In this document: one piece after another, positions 53,384-62,947 of the stretch | Layout: each line of letters starts with the position of its first letter | How positions within the stretch are numbered: the stretch's first letter is position 1 | Origin: Nitrosopumilus sp. | GTDB lineage: Archaea > Thermoproteota > Nitrososphaeria > Nitrososphaerales > Nitrosopumilaceae | DNA: 64,000 nucleotides | Reading direction: 5' to 3' | Assembly (NCBI GenBank): GCA_965207445.1 | Contig: CBDBLX010000002.1 | Coordinates: 2,167,849-2,231,848, forward strand | Program-made: the position numbers and the translations under genes | The notes under the pieces: generated by a model | Seen by the model: only the letters and a program-made list of their open reading frames with translations | The model's database searches: none | What the model was told of the DNA's origin: nothing

Positions 53384-55476
53384 GGGTCTTCTGCGTTAAT
53401 CGTTGGTAACTTGCACGTTGCTACCATTGTCGCTTGTGCGACATTGATGCGTCCCGTAATATCACCGTCGTTGCATGACTGGCTCAAGACCCTTGGATTC
53501 ACATGGCAAGGTTGTACAGACTCAGGCCACTGCTCCTCCCATGGCTGCCACGCCAGCATTGCCGATGAGTGTAATCCATTTGTTATTGCCGTGTATTGTT
53601 ATTCCTGCTGCTTCTGCGGGTGTACCTCCTAATGATCCATGTGGACGTACATAGTTGTACCACACACTAAAGCCCATGGCTATGGCAGATTTTGTGCTTT
53701 TGATTCCGCGTCGAGGATTGTAACAGATTCGCTGTATATTGTTAAAACTTTCAATGACATTGTTGTTTCCCTTGTCATGAGTTTTGCTTATTCCTGCTTT
53801 GTCTTTGTGTATACATTGTGTCTTTTTTTGTCGTTGCAATTGTGTAATTTTATCAGGATCTGAAATGTGCTCACAGTGATCATCAAGTGGGCTAAGTTGT
53901 GCGTATACTACTCTAAATGCAACTTTGTATGAGTCAAGATCGTCGCTGATAATCTCTACGGGTATCTTATTTGCACGTATTGCGGCATTTGTAAACAGGC
54001 TCGTTGCATTAAATTCATCCTTTTTACCTCCCAGTTCAATTGCAAGCAATACCCGCGTCTTGTAGTCAATTATAGTAAACAGATAATGCGTTTTATTATC
54101 TATCTTTACATATACTTCATCTACATGAAATCTATCGCCAAGATTTGGTAATGGGAGTTTCATTGTGTATGTATTGATCATTTTGGTGTATTTTGCAATT
54201 GTTCTGAGGATGCTGGTGTGATGTCTTTCTAGTCCTTGGGATTTTAGTGTGTCAGAAATTGCGGGTGATGAGTGTCCTTTGAAATAATCATTTAACATAT
54301 CTGCTACGTCTTTTTTGCTACAACGCATACGTTCCATGCCTGCTCTGTATACAAATACTGCACCACAACCGTCTTTTTTACTACACTGCCATCTTTGTTC
54401 TTTCTTTTTTTGGCCTGTTTCTTTTACAGTCCATTCCTGTGTCCCATATTTGATTATGTGCGTATTATTGCAGTGTTTACACTTTGGAGGGTGTTTTTCA
54501 TCTATTGGGTAGATGTGCGTAGGCTCAACAGAATCTGTAAATTTATCACCACCATTATCACCACCATTATCATCATATAATTCAGATTTTGTTTGTGTGT
54601 CTGTATCTTTTTCTTGCTTTGATTCTGTGTGTGGTAATTGATCACCACCATTATCATCATATAATTCAGATTTTGTTTGTGTGTCTGTATCTTTTTCTTG
54701 CTTTGATTCTGTGTGTGGTAATTGATCACCGCCATCGTATTTTTTGGTACAATATTCTGTAATGGTAGTGCAACGATTTGTAACGTTTGTCTCTTTACTG
54801 TCTATCTCTGATACGTTTTTCATAATTTTTTCTGCTTCATTGTCCACTACATGTGCTGTCACCGCCAAAATGTGTTTACATTTAGCTTTTCTGTATTCGT
54901 AATCAAAGCAGTTACACTCATATCTTCCGGTGGATTTCCGGATAACGTCATACCACAGACCTGGTTGGGACTGCGATTTGACTGCATAATGACCAGATTT
55001 AATGCACGTTATATTCTCTGGTTTTTCCAGTATACGCATGGCTTTTTGGCCTCGTTTTTCTGCGCCCTTGCTCCATGAGACACGTTTTTGCATCCATGTT
55101 GCTAGTCTTACTGTCCTGTCATGTTTTAGTGTAAACCATCCTCTAAATCGTTTAAGACGATCTAGCTTTGGGCGTTTTTGTCCCAAATCATTTGAATCTT
55201 GAACACCATCAGGGTTAAATTCATAATCAGTAATCTTTTGTTGTACACTCTTTGGTCTCATTTTTTCTATCTCAATGAGATCTCACGACGTGTATATTTA
55301 ACGTTCATGTGCAAAAACGATGTCAACACACCCATATTTTGAGAAAATATTCACTAGAATTATACATTATGTGAGATTTTAAATTGTGAATTTTTAAAAA
55401 GTTTATTCAACCACGCCATGAGTATACCTACGGAACTTGCCAGATTTCAGTTACCAACGATTAACGCAGAAGACCC
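53384..55476 (-). mobile_element. IS6-like element with SWIM-domain transposase, complete
   Basis: Perfect 28-bp TIR GGGTCTTCTGCGTTAATCGTTGGTAACT; 9-bp TSD GTGTGACTT (53375-53383, 55477-55485). Confidence 0.92.
53522..55261 (-). CDS. Transposase: SWIM Zn finger, repeat linker, Zn ribbon, HTH and IS6/IS240-type DDE
   Basis: CNC..CKH, CKHC..C...C, HVDEVY, ISDDL.SY, NNNVIESFN and YNYVRPH motifs. Confidence 0.9.
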   Translation of the reverse strand: MRPKSVQQKITDYEFNPDGVQDSNDLGQKRPKLDRLKRFRGWFTLKHDRTVRLATWMQKRVSWSKGAEKRGQKAMRILEKPENITCIKSGHYAVKSQSQPGLWYDVIRKSTGRYECNCFDYEYRKAKCKHILAVTAHVVDNEAEKIMKNVSEIDSKETNVTNRCTTITEYCTKKYDGGDQLPHTESKQEKDTDTQTKSELYDDNGGDQLPHTESKQEKDTDTQTKSELYDDNGGDNGGDKFTDSVEPTHIYPIDEKHPPKCKHCNNTHIIKYGTQEWTVKETGQKKKEQRWQCSKKDGCGAVFVYRAGMERMRCSKKDVADMLNDYFKGHSSPAISDTLKSQGLERHHTSILRTIAKYTKMINTYTMKLPLPNLGDRFHVDEVYVKIDNKTHYLFTIIDYKTRVLLAIELGGKKDEFNATSLFTNAAIRANKIPVEIISDDLDSYKVAFRVVYAQLSPLDDHCEHISDPDKITQLQRQKKTQCIHKDKAGISKTHDKGNNNVIESFNNIQRICYNPRRGIKSTKSAIAMGFSVWYNYVRPHGSLGGTPAEAAGITIHGNNKWITLIGNAGVAAMGGAVA

Positions 55477-55484
55477 GTGTGACT

Positions 55485-55588
55485 TAGCGTGTTGCATAAC
55501 TCATAAATTTATACTCCTCTGGGGTCGTGGCCATGTGGTCTGAGCCGCGCAACCTAATCGTTACACGATTCGAAGCCACTCAAATGCT
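55485..55588. mobile_element. Left end of the TAGCGTGTTGCATAA element, truncated by IS630
   Basis: Matches 5873-5973. Confidence 0.88.
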
Positions 55589-55590
55589 TA

Positions 55591-57256
55591 GTGATTTCAT
55601 TAAAGTTCCGATAGTTTTTAGACATTATTATAATCATATATTGGGAAATCAGGCAGGCCCCATGTTGTAATCCATACATGCTCCATGGTTTTTCCGTGCC
55701 ATGTCCATGCCAGCCGTGTATTCAGGCGTGGCAAAGGGTATGTGCGCAGCCGTCCTGTTCATAGTACGATCTGTGCGTCGCACAGCCTCACCCGGACCTC
55801 CTAGTTCGCGTAATATGCAGTTCATGCAGCCCGGAGTTCTGGTATTGGCGCGTTGTTCTTTGCGTCTTGTATGGCATTGCGCATGTACTCTAGTAGCCTG
55901 ACTGTACCCACCTCGCCGTTTTCCATCATGTGTAGTATGGACTTTTGAATCTCTGGAAAACCGCCCTTGTAGTATCTGCCTGCTAGTGCGCGCTTTATCT
56001 CGCGCCATTGGATCTCTATGGGATTGTGCTGAGGAGTGTATGGCGGCAAGTACCATAGTGCGACTTGACCCCTTGTCTGTTCCAGATACTGTTTGATGTC
56101 TTTGGACTTGTGCGCAGACGCATTGTCACATATGACAAATACCTTGCCGTACTTTTCTCGGAGCACCTCCAATAACTTTATGACGTTTACAGTATTCGCA
56201 CTGTCGCAAAAGTGCAGGTGGCACGTGTCGGCCCCGAGTGCACCCAGCATTTTCATGCTTGTTTTTGAAAAGTTGACCTTTACAGTCTCAGAGCCTCCCC
56301 GGGTATATAGTCCGCGCGCGACATACGGCGAGTTTGTGATTGTAGAAGCGTCCATACAGAACACCTCATAGCCGGCGCGGGCGTGCGCCATGATGGCGCG
56401 TATTGTGTTGTGTACATAATACATTTCTTCTAATGGACTGGCTGACTTGTGGTGAATTGTCCTTGGGCATTCTTATTGAAAAGCCCATCCTGTGAGCTAG
56501 CGCCAGGGCTCCGGTCCACGTGTACTGGACGTCAAAAATGTTTACCAGATGCAATGCAAACAAGGCGGCAGTCCATGTCCCACGCTCAAAGCCGCACTGC
56601 ATCGGCTCTCTACTCAGATCGGCCTTTGCCTGTTCTTGTTGTTCCTTTGTGAGTCTGCACGGCCTGCCAGGGCTCTTGCGGTCGTACCTGCCCTCCAAGC
56701 CCTCTGACTGCAGTCTATTGAGCCACTCAGATATGACACCCTGACTACGTCCGAGCTGGGCGGCTATTACAGACTCACTCTTGCCCTTTTTTCGTCCAAC
56801 TGCCGCCTGCAGTCTGTCCCGGGACTTGCCCGGAGGCTCTTTACGGTAGGCGGCTTTTAGATCTTCCAGGGACACGTCGGGCATGAACCCGTCCCCTTTT
56901 CCTACATAGGCCGTCTTCAAAAAATACGCACCTCGTCGATGCCGCAAGACGATCTGCCTGCAGAGTCGTTAAATATGGCATCAACGAATACTACTCGATG
57001 TACCATTTTTTCGTTTGCCAACAAACACTAATGGCCACATCACCTTTTGACACTCGAGGTCAAATTAGTTAAACCAAATGATCAAAAGTTACTCTAAATA
57101 CCTGCCACTGACATACACACCCAATTTCTCACCTCTCTTCTGGCCACCACACGGTATCTGCTACACATAGTGCCAATTACGTCTATTTTTCCACTCCGTA
57201 CCCGCCTGCCTAGCCGAAATCGCCTGCAAAAACCATCGGATCTTTAATGAAACTAC
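55591..57256 (-). mobile_element. IS630-family insertion sequence
   Basis: TIRs GTGATTTCATTAAAGTTCCGATAG / CCATCGGATCTTTAATGAAACTAC; TA on both sides (55589-55590, 57257-57258). Confidence 0.9.
55822..56885 (-). pseudogene. IS630 transposase split by an apparent one-base insertion near 56465
   Basis: HTH part (GRPCRLT, WT) and DDE part (MDAS, CDNASAH, LPPYTPQHNPIE..W); removing one C from ATGCCCAAGG gives MPRTIHHKSAS joining both frames. Confidence 0.85.
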
Positions 57257-57260
57257 TACC

Positions 57261-57440
57261 AGATCATGTCCTTGATACCATGGTATGTTGTTGAGATATG
57301 ACATGTACTTGAGATGATACTGGCATGGTATGCCATGGCAGTGCATACAGTTCTAGATATTATTGAGATGATACTGGCATGTACTTGAGATGATACTGGC
57401 ATGTATACCATGGCAGATCATGCCATGAGATACCATGGCC
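57261..57440. repeat. Degenerate repeat cluster rich in CATG/CCATGG
   Basis: TTGAGATGATACTGGCATG at 57309, 57363 and 57385; AGATCATG..GATACCATGG at both ends. Confidence 0.75.
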
Positions 57441-57470
57441 TTAGTATAAAATAAAAAAGAAAACACGCAG

Positions 57471-58022
57471 TTATCTACACGCGGCCTTCGTACTAGTTGG
57501 TTGTGTTGGTTGTGTTGGTTGTGTTGGTTGTGTTGGTTGTGTTGGTTGTGTTGGTTGTGTTGGTTGTGTTGGTTGTGTTGGTTGTGTTGGTTGTGTTGGT
57601 TGTGTTGGTTGTGTTGGTTGTGTTTGTACTGTGATTGTAAAAGTTTTTGTATCTTCAGAAACACCATTTAACACTTTAACTGTAATTTGATGTGTGCCAA
57701 TTTGTTGATTATTTGGTGTCCATGTGAATATGCCTCCTTCCGCTGTGATCGATGCGCCGTCTGGGAATGTTCCAGTCAGACTATAGTTCAATGTGTCAGG
57801 TAGTGGATTTGTGGCAGTAACAGTAAAACTCACTATTGTGCCTACATTGACAGTCTGATTTGGTATTGGGTCTAGTGTTGGGCCAAATTTCGATTGTAAT
57901 TCATCTAGTGTGTCTTGTGCGTCTTGTTGTCCTTGTGTTTCGGTTGCGGTCCAAAAGAGTGTACCAATTATGACAGTCATTGCCAAAAAACTGACTTTGT
58001 GTATAGTCTCTTTTTTGTTCAT
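57471..58022 (-). CDS. Secreted protein with one putative Ig/cadherin-like domain and a (TQP)14 tail
   Basis: Signal [20 protein letters not shown]..; [15 protein letters not shown]; 9-bp tandem repeat at about 57496-57623. Confidence 0.8.
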   Translation of the reverse strand: MNKKETIHKVSFLAMTVIIGTLFWTATETQGQQDAQDTLDELQSKFGPTLDPIPNQTVNVGTIVSFTVTATNPLPDTLNYSLTGTFPDGASITAEGGIFTWTPNNQQIGTHQITVKVLNGVSEDTKTFTITVQTQPTQPTQPTQPTQPTQPTQPTQPTQPTQPTQPTQPTQPTQPTSTKAACR

Positions 58023-58203
58023 GTGTGTGTATACTTTTGCTTGTTTATATATGTGCGTTTTATAGGGGTCTTCTGCGTTAATCGTTGGTAACTTGCACGT
58101 TGCTACCATTGTCGCTTGTGCGACATTGATGCGTCCCGTAATATCACCGTCGTTGCATGACTGGCTCAAGACCCTTGGATTCACATGACAAGGTTGTACA
58201 GAC

Positions 58204-59558
58204 TCAGGCCACTGCTCCTCCCATGGCTGCCACGCCAGCATTGCCGATGAGTGTAATCCATTTGTTATTGCCGTGTATTGTTATTCCTGCTGCTTCTGCG
58301 GGTGTACCTCCTAATGATCCATGTGGACGTACATAGTTGTACCACACACTAAAGCCCATGGCTATGGCAGATTTTGTGCTTTTGATTCCGCGTCGAGGAT
58401 TGTAACAGATTCGCTGTATATTGTTAAAACTTTCAATGACATTGTTGTTTCCCTTGTCATGAGTTTTGCTTATTCCTGCTTTGTCTTTGTGTATACATTG
58501 TGTCTTTTTTTGTCGTTGCAATTGTGTAATTTTATCAGGATCTGAAATGTGCTCACAGTGATCATCAAGTGGGCTAAGTTGTGCGTATACTACTCTAAAT
58601 GCAACTTTGTATGAGTCAAGATCGTCGCTGATAATCTCTACGGGTATCTTATTTGCACGTATTGCGGCATTTGTAAACAGGCTCGTTGCATTAAATTCAT
58701 CCTTTTTACCTCCCAGTTCAATTGCAAGCAATACCCGCGTCTTGTAGTCAATTATAGTAAACAGATAATGCGTTTTATTATTTATCTTTACATATACTTC
58801 ATCTACATGAAATCTATCGCCAAGATTTGGTAATGGGAGTTTCATTGTGTATGTATTGATCATTTTGGTGTATTTTGCAATTGTTCTGAGGATGCTGGTG
58901 TGATGTCTTTCTAGTCCTTGGGATTTTAGTGTGTCACAAATTGCAGGTGATGAGTGTCCTTTGAAATAGTCATTTAACATATCTGCTACATCTTTTTTGC
59001 TACAACGCATACGTTCCATGCCTGCTCTGTATACAAATACTGCACCACAACCGTCTTTTTTACTACACTGCCATCTTTGTTCTTTCTTTTTTTGGCCTGT
59101 TTCTTTTACAGTCCATTCTTGTGTCCCATATTTGATTATGTGTGTATTATTGCAGTGTTTACACTTTGGAGGGCGTTTTTCATCTATGGGGTAGATGTGT
59201 GTAGGCTCAACAGAATCTGTAAATTTATCACCACCATTATCACCACCATTATCACCACCATTATCACCACCATTATCATCATATAATTCAGATTTTGTTT
59301 GTGTGTCTGTATCTTTTTCTTGCTTTGATTCTGTGTGTGGTAATTGATCACCACCATTATCATCATATAATTCAGATTTTGTTTGTGTGTCTGTATCTTT
59401 TTCTTGCTTTGATTCTGTGTGTGGTAATTGATCACCACCATCATATTTTTTGGTACAATATTCTGTAATGGTAGTGCAACGATTTGTAACGTTTGTCTCT
59501 TTACTGTCTGTCTCCGATACGTTTTTCATAATTTTTTCTGCTTCATTGTCCACTACAT
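58204..59558 (-). pseudogene. 5'-truncated IS6-like transposase (SWIM region lost)
   Basis: Identity with copy 1 stops exactly at the ISH3 TIR. Confidence 0.9.
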
Positions 59559-60949
59559 CAGTAGTTCGCAATGTGTTTTATATGATTTTATTTAAATAAT
59601 CTGCAATGTCGTTGAACGTTGATGATCATATTTGATCAGATCAAATAGAAAGTATAATATGTGGGGACATTTTAGTACCTCTGATAATATATGAAAAATG
59701 AGGTACTAGAACATCAATATGAATTAGGACAAGTAAATTATAAAGTTTTACGAAAACGATTCGACGATCTCGGACTAGACATATCAACCAGATATAACCA
59801 CACGTATGAGGTGGATGATTATCTTGGTACACTTGTCACCATGTCACTCAACAACATGTGCGTAAATGCAGCAACACACAAAAGAAAACGCAATGAGGCT
59901 AACTATTTTAAAAAAGGCGAGCGCATAAACATACCATCTGAAAATACTGTGCTCAAATGCCTAAAGAGTGCAGATCTAGAGAAAGTAAAACAATGGGGTG
60001 ACGAGAATGTCAAAGCAATGCTCAAGAATGCCAAAAAACACAACATGCTCAAAAAAGGCGGTACTATTGCAATTGATATGACCGGATGGGAATATTATGG
60101 CAAGGCACTCAAACCTGAGATGCTAAAAACAAAGCCCAAAAATGGTACTGCGAGATTTCATTCATTTATGACGGCACAAATGGTAAATCAAGCAGGTAAC
60201 ATACCTTTGTTTGCACATCGTGTGACCAGTAAGGATAAAATGGTCACAGTCATGCGTAAAATCATTGAAAAATTAATTCGAGAGGATGCACGTCCGGAAC
60301 TTGGCCTCTTTGATCGGGGTTTTTACAATGTTGCATGCATAGATGAACTTTTGCGCTTGCGCCTGTCTTTCATAATGCCGGCAATTAAAAATAAGCGCAT
60401 ACAAAAATATATTTTAGAAGTTCACAACAAAAAGAGAAAAACTGCATCAGTCATTGAGATGCGTGATAAAAACAAAAAAGCAGTAAAGTTCACATTACTT
60501 ATCGTCAAAAAAAATAATGCCAAAGAAACTGATAAAACGGTCGATCAGTATGTGGCATTTGCCACAAATATGAAAATCACTAGCAAAAGCAAACTCATCA
60601 AAACCATCCCAGAGACTTATCGCAAGCGCTGGATAATAGAGACGGGATACAGAGTGATAAAAAACACGACTCCAAAGACAACTAGCAACGCCTTGCAGCT
60701 TCGATTACTGTTGATATTTTTTGGAATGTTATTATATGGTTTATGGGTAATGGCAAGGTACGAAAATTACGGTGGACTTGTAGATGAAAAATTATTTACA
60801 ATGGATGCGTTTGTAGATTCAATTGCCGGTTCAATCAGAAGACTGCTTCGGTGGGAATTGGAGCACGGTGGTTCCTTACCATTGTAAATCTGTCGCACTG
60901 CATAATTAGAAATAAGATCATTAAAAATTGAGCACATTGCGAACTACTG
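59559..60949 (+). mobile_element. ISH3-family insertion sequence, complete
   Basis: 17-bp TIR CAGTAGTTCGCAATGTG / CACATTGCGAACTACTG; ACAT on both flanks. Confidence 0.88.
59691..60887 (+). CDS. ISH3-family DDE transposase, intact
   Basis: IAIDMT..YYG, FDRGFY and YRKRWIIETGYR motifs. Confidence 0.9.
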   Translation: MKNEVLEHQYELGQVNYKVLRKRFDDLGLDISTRYNHTYEVDDYLGTLVTMSLNNMCVNAATHKRKRNEANYFKKGERINIPSENTVLKCLKSADLEKVKQWGDENVKAMLKNAKKHNMLKKGGTIAIDMTGWEYYGKALKPEMLKTKPKNGTARFHSFMTAQMVNQAGNIPLFAHRVTSKDKMVTVMRKIIEKLIREDARPELGLFDRGFYNVACIDELLRLRLSFIMPAIKNKRIQKYILEVHNKKRKTASVIEMRDKNKKAVKFTLLIVKKNNAKETDKTVDQYVAFATNMKITSKSKLIKTIPETYRKRWIIETGYRVIKNTTPKTTSNALQLRLLLIFFGMLLYGLWVMARYENYGGLVDEKLFTMDAFVDSIAGSIRRLLRWELEHGGSLPL

Positions 60950-60953
60950 ACAT

Positions 60954-61429
60954 AGAGTCTGCAGATATGTGTTTGTGTGCCTGTGCAGCCTGACTCCTCA
61001 TTACAGACGTGAATTGTCGCTGACAGGCTGCTTGCAGTGTGACATGATCGGTGGCGGTATTGCGCGGCTAAAGATGTCAAAGTGTGGGTTCATGGACATT
61101 TCAATGACTGCATCATTAACAGATATTCCGTTTTTTTACAAGTAGCAGTAAATGTCTTGTTTGTAGAAAAGTTATGGGCTGCCTTCCAGTTTGGAAATGG
61201 TTCCTTACACTTGCGATAGCATGTAATGAAACAATCACGTAGTGTACCCTCAACACCGTTTGTATGAAGCGGCGCTCCCGGATAGCGTATTGATGTGTAC
61301 ATATGTTCTGCTGCATTATTGTTGTCAATTGATTATATGTGAATATACGATGCCAAGATCATCATGATCAGAGAAATGCGCATGATCATTTACTTTATAT
61401 ATATGCACTTTAAAAAGCAAAATAGTTAC
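60954..61429 (-). pseudogene. IS66-type end plus transposase C-terminal remnant
   Basis: TIR ...AAAAAGCAAAATAGTTAC ending 61429; RYPGAPLHTNGVEGTLR..RK..F.NWKAAHNF. Confidence 0.7.
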
Positions 61430-61474
61430 CTAGATTTCAGTTACCAACGATTAACGCAGAAGATCCTTATAGTG

Positions 61475-62815
61475 TCAACTGTATAACGTGATTATAAGAT
61501 TCACAATTCTGTTAATCTCTGTTATTGTGGCGTTTAGTGTGTCGTATGCCTTCTGGAGTGCATCATACTTCTCTTGGAGTGTGTTCAGGGTCATGTTATA
61601 TTCTGCTTGCAGAATGATTCGTTGTTGTTTTAAAGCGTTGTCTACGTATGCTTGATCAAATGGTGTTGGGTCTGTTTTCATGTTTACTGGCGGTGTTTCT
61701 AAATCTGATTGTGGTGGTGGTGTGGGTGGTGGCGTATTGATGACTATTGTTCTTGTTTCTGTTTCTGTGTTTCCTGCGTTGTCTGTGCATGTGTATGCTA
61801 TAGTTTGCATGCCTGTATTTGTTGTGTTGATATTGGTTGCGTTGGATGTGATTGTTGTGATAATTCCATCATTTTTATCAAAACATATTGCTCCTTCATC
61901 TTTGTATGTAACACCTTGAGTTATGTCAGTGTTGTTAAATCCAATTAGTACAATTATTGGTGGCGTTGTGTCGGGCGTTGGTGGCGTTGGTGGCGTTGGT
62001 GGCGGTTCACTTTGTGGTTTGAAAAATGTTTCAAAAGGTACATGATCTGCTAGAATATACTCCCAGTATCTTGTTATTTGGTAATATTGTTCGGGGCATG
62101 AACGTGATTTTTCTAAGGTTAAACTGCCATCAAATAGTAAGTAGTTGTTGTAAACAGGATCTGAACCGTATGACCAACACGCAATGTTAGAAAACCGTTT
62201 CAAGTCTGTGTCATGTGTGCTTGTATAATCAGCTCCGCTATCAAGGTACAAGAAAAAATATTGTGTGTTGTATAGCATGTCATGTCCTAAATTAGGATGT
62301 AGATCTGTTTGTATAACTGCTGTTAACATAGTTGCAAATTGATCAGCAACAGTCTCCTCATTTCCTGAAAATGGCAAGTCGTAAATATCTAAAATTGCGT
62401 GTGCAATTTCATGGTAAAGTATGAAGTATGTAACGTCTTGTGTAAAAAACATGTCTAGATTATATGTATATTGTATTCTGTCTAGGTCGTCTATTAGTTC
62501 ATAACATATGACTATTTTTTTTTCTAATGGATAATAGTATGCATTTTCTGCACCACATTCCTGTGCATAGATTATAACATCATATGGTAAGTTGAAATTT
62601 TCGTTAAGCCATTTTACTTCATCATCTATTAAGTGTGTATTTTGTAACCATTCTGCGTTTGTTATTGTATATGGTGAATTAGGGTTGGGACCATAAATTA
62701 TTTTGAAGTCACCATTATCAACAGTGACTGTTTGAGCTTGTGTACTTGTAATGTTTATGGTCATTAGTATTACTATTACAAATAATCCAAATATTGCATA
62801 TGGTGTGTATTTCAA
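61475..62815 (-). CDS. Secreted zincin metallopeptidase (DUF4344-like), Ig-like domain (DUF5011-like) and coiled-coil tail
   Basis: Signal peptide; ECGAENAYY, HEIAH, NEETVADQF, H..D.KR; DTTPP.I.L.G..D.GA.C.D..DG..Y.CTD.AGN. Confidence 0.85.
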   Translation of the reverse strand: MKYTPYAIFGLFVIVILMTINITSTQAQTVTVDNGDFKIIYGPNPNSPYTITNAEWLQNTHLIDDEVKWLNENFNLPYDVIIYAQECGAENAYYYPLEKKIVICYELIDDLDRIQYTYNLDMFFTQDVTYFILYHEIAHAILDIYDLPFSGNEETVADQFATMLTAVIQTDLHPNLGHDMLYNTQYFFLYLDSGADYTSTHDTDLKRFSNIACWSYGSDPVYNNYLLFDGSLTLEKSRSCPEQYYQITRYWEYILADHVPFETFFKPQSEPPPTPPTPPTPDTTPPIIVLIGFNNTDITQGVTYKDEGAICFDKNDGIITTITSNATNINTTNTGMQTIAYTCTDNAGNTETETRTIVINTPPPTPPPQSDLETPPVNMKTDPTPFDQAYVDNALKQQRIILQAEYNMTLNTLQEKYDALQKAYDTLNATITEINRIVNLIITLYS

Positions 62816-62947
62816 TTATGTTGTGTTTTTTTGGTACTGTTTAAATATTTATTTAAGCATGATGGTGTTTTGGACTATGCGGGTTGTGTCAAAAGATGTG
62901 ATCTGTGAGTTATATCGTAAAAATGGCTTTTTGATCATTAACAAGTG

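Larger units (their letters stand above)
58066..61466 (-). mobile_element. Second IS6-like copy, disrupted by nested ISH3 and IS66 pieces
   Basis: Left TIR at 58066, right TIR ending 61466; TTATAG on both flanks; 58066-59558 near-identical to 53384-54852. Confidence 0.88.

Noticed and set aside
56366..56470. Programmed -1 frameshift in the IS630 transposase
   Set aside because: The join needs a +1 shift and there is no slippery A-run at the overlap; a single C insertion explains it.
57261..57440. Mini CRISPR array
   Set aside because: The repeat is only 19 bp with gaps of 35 and 3 nt, and the intervening sequence is itself repetitive.
58023..58241. N-terminal extension of the TQP protein in the ORF track
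   Set aside because: It is read-through into the IS6-like end (the same peptide appears at 53341-53559); the real start is ATG 58022 with a signal peptide.
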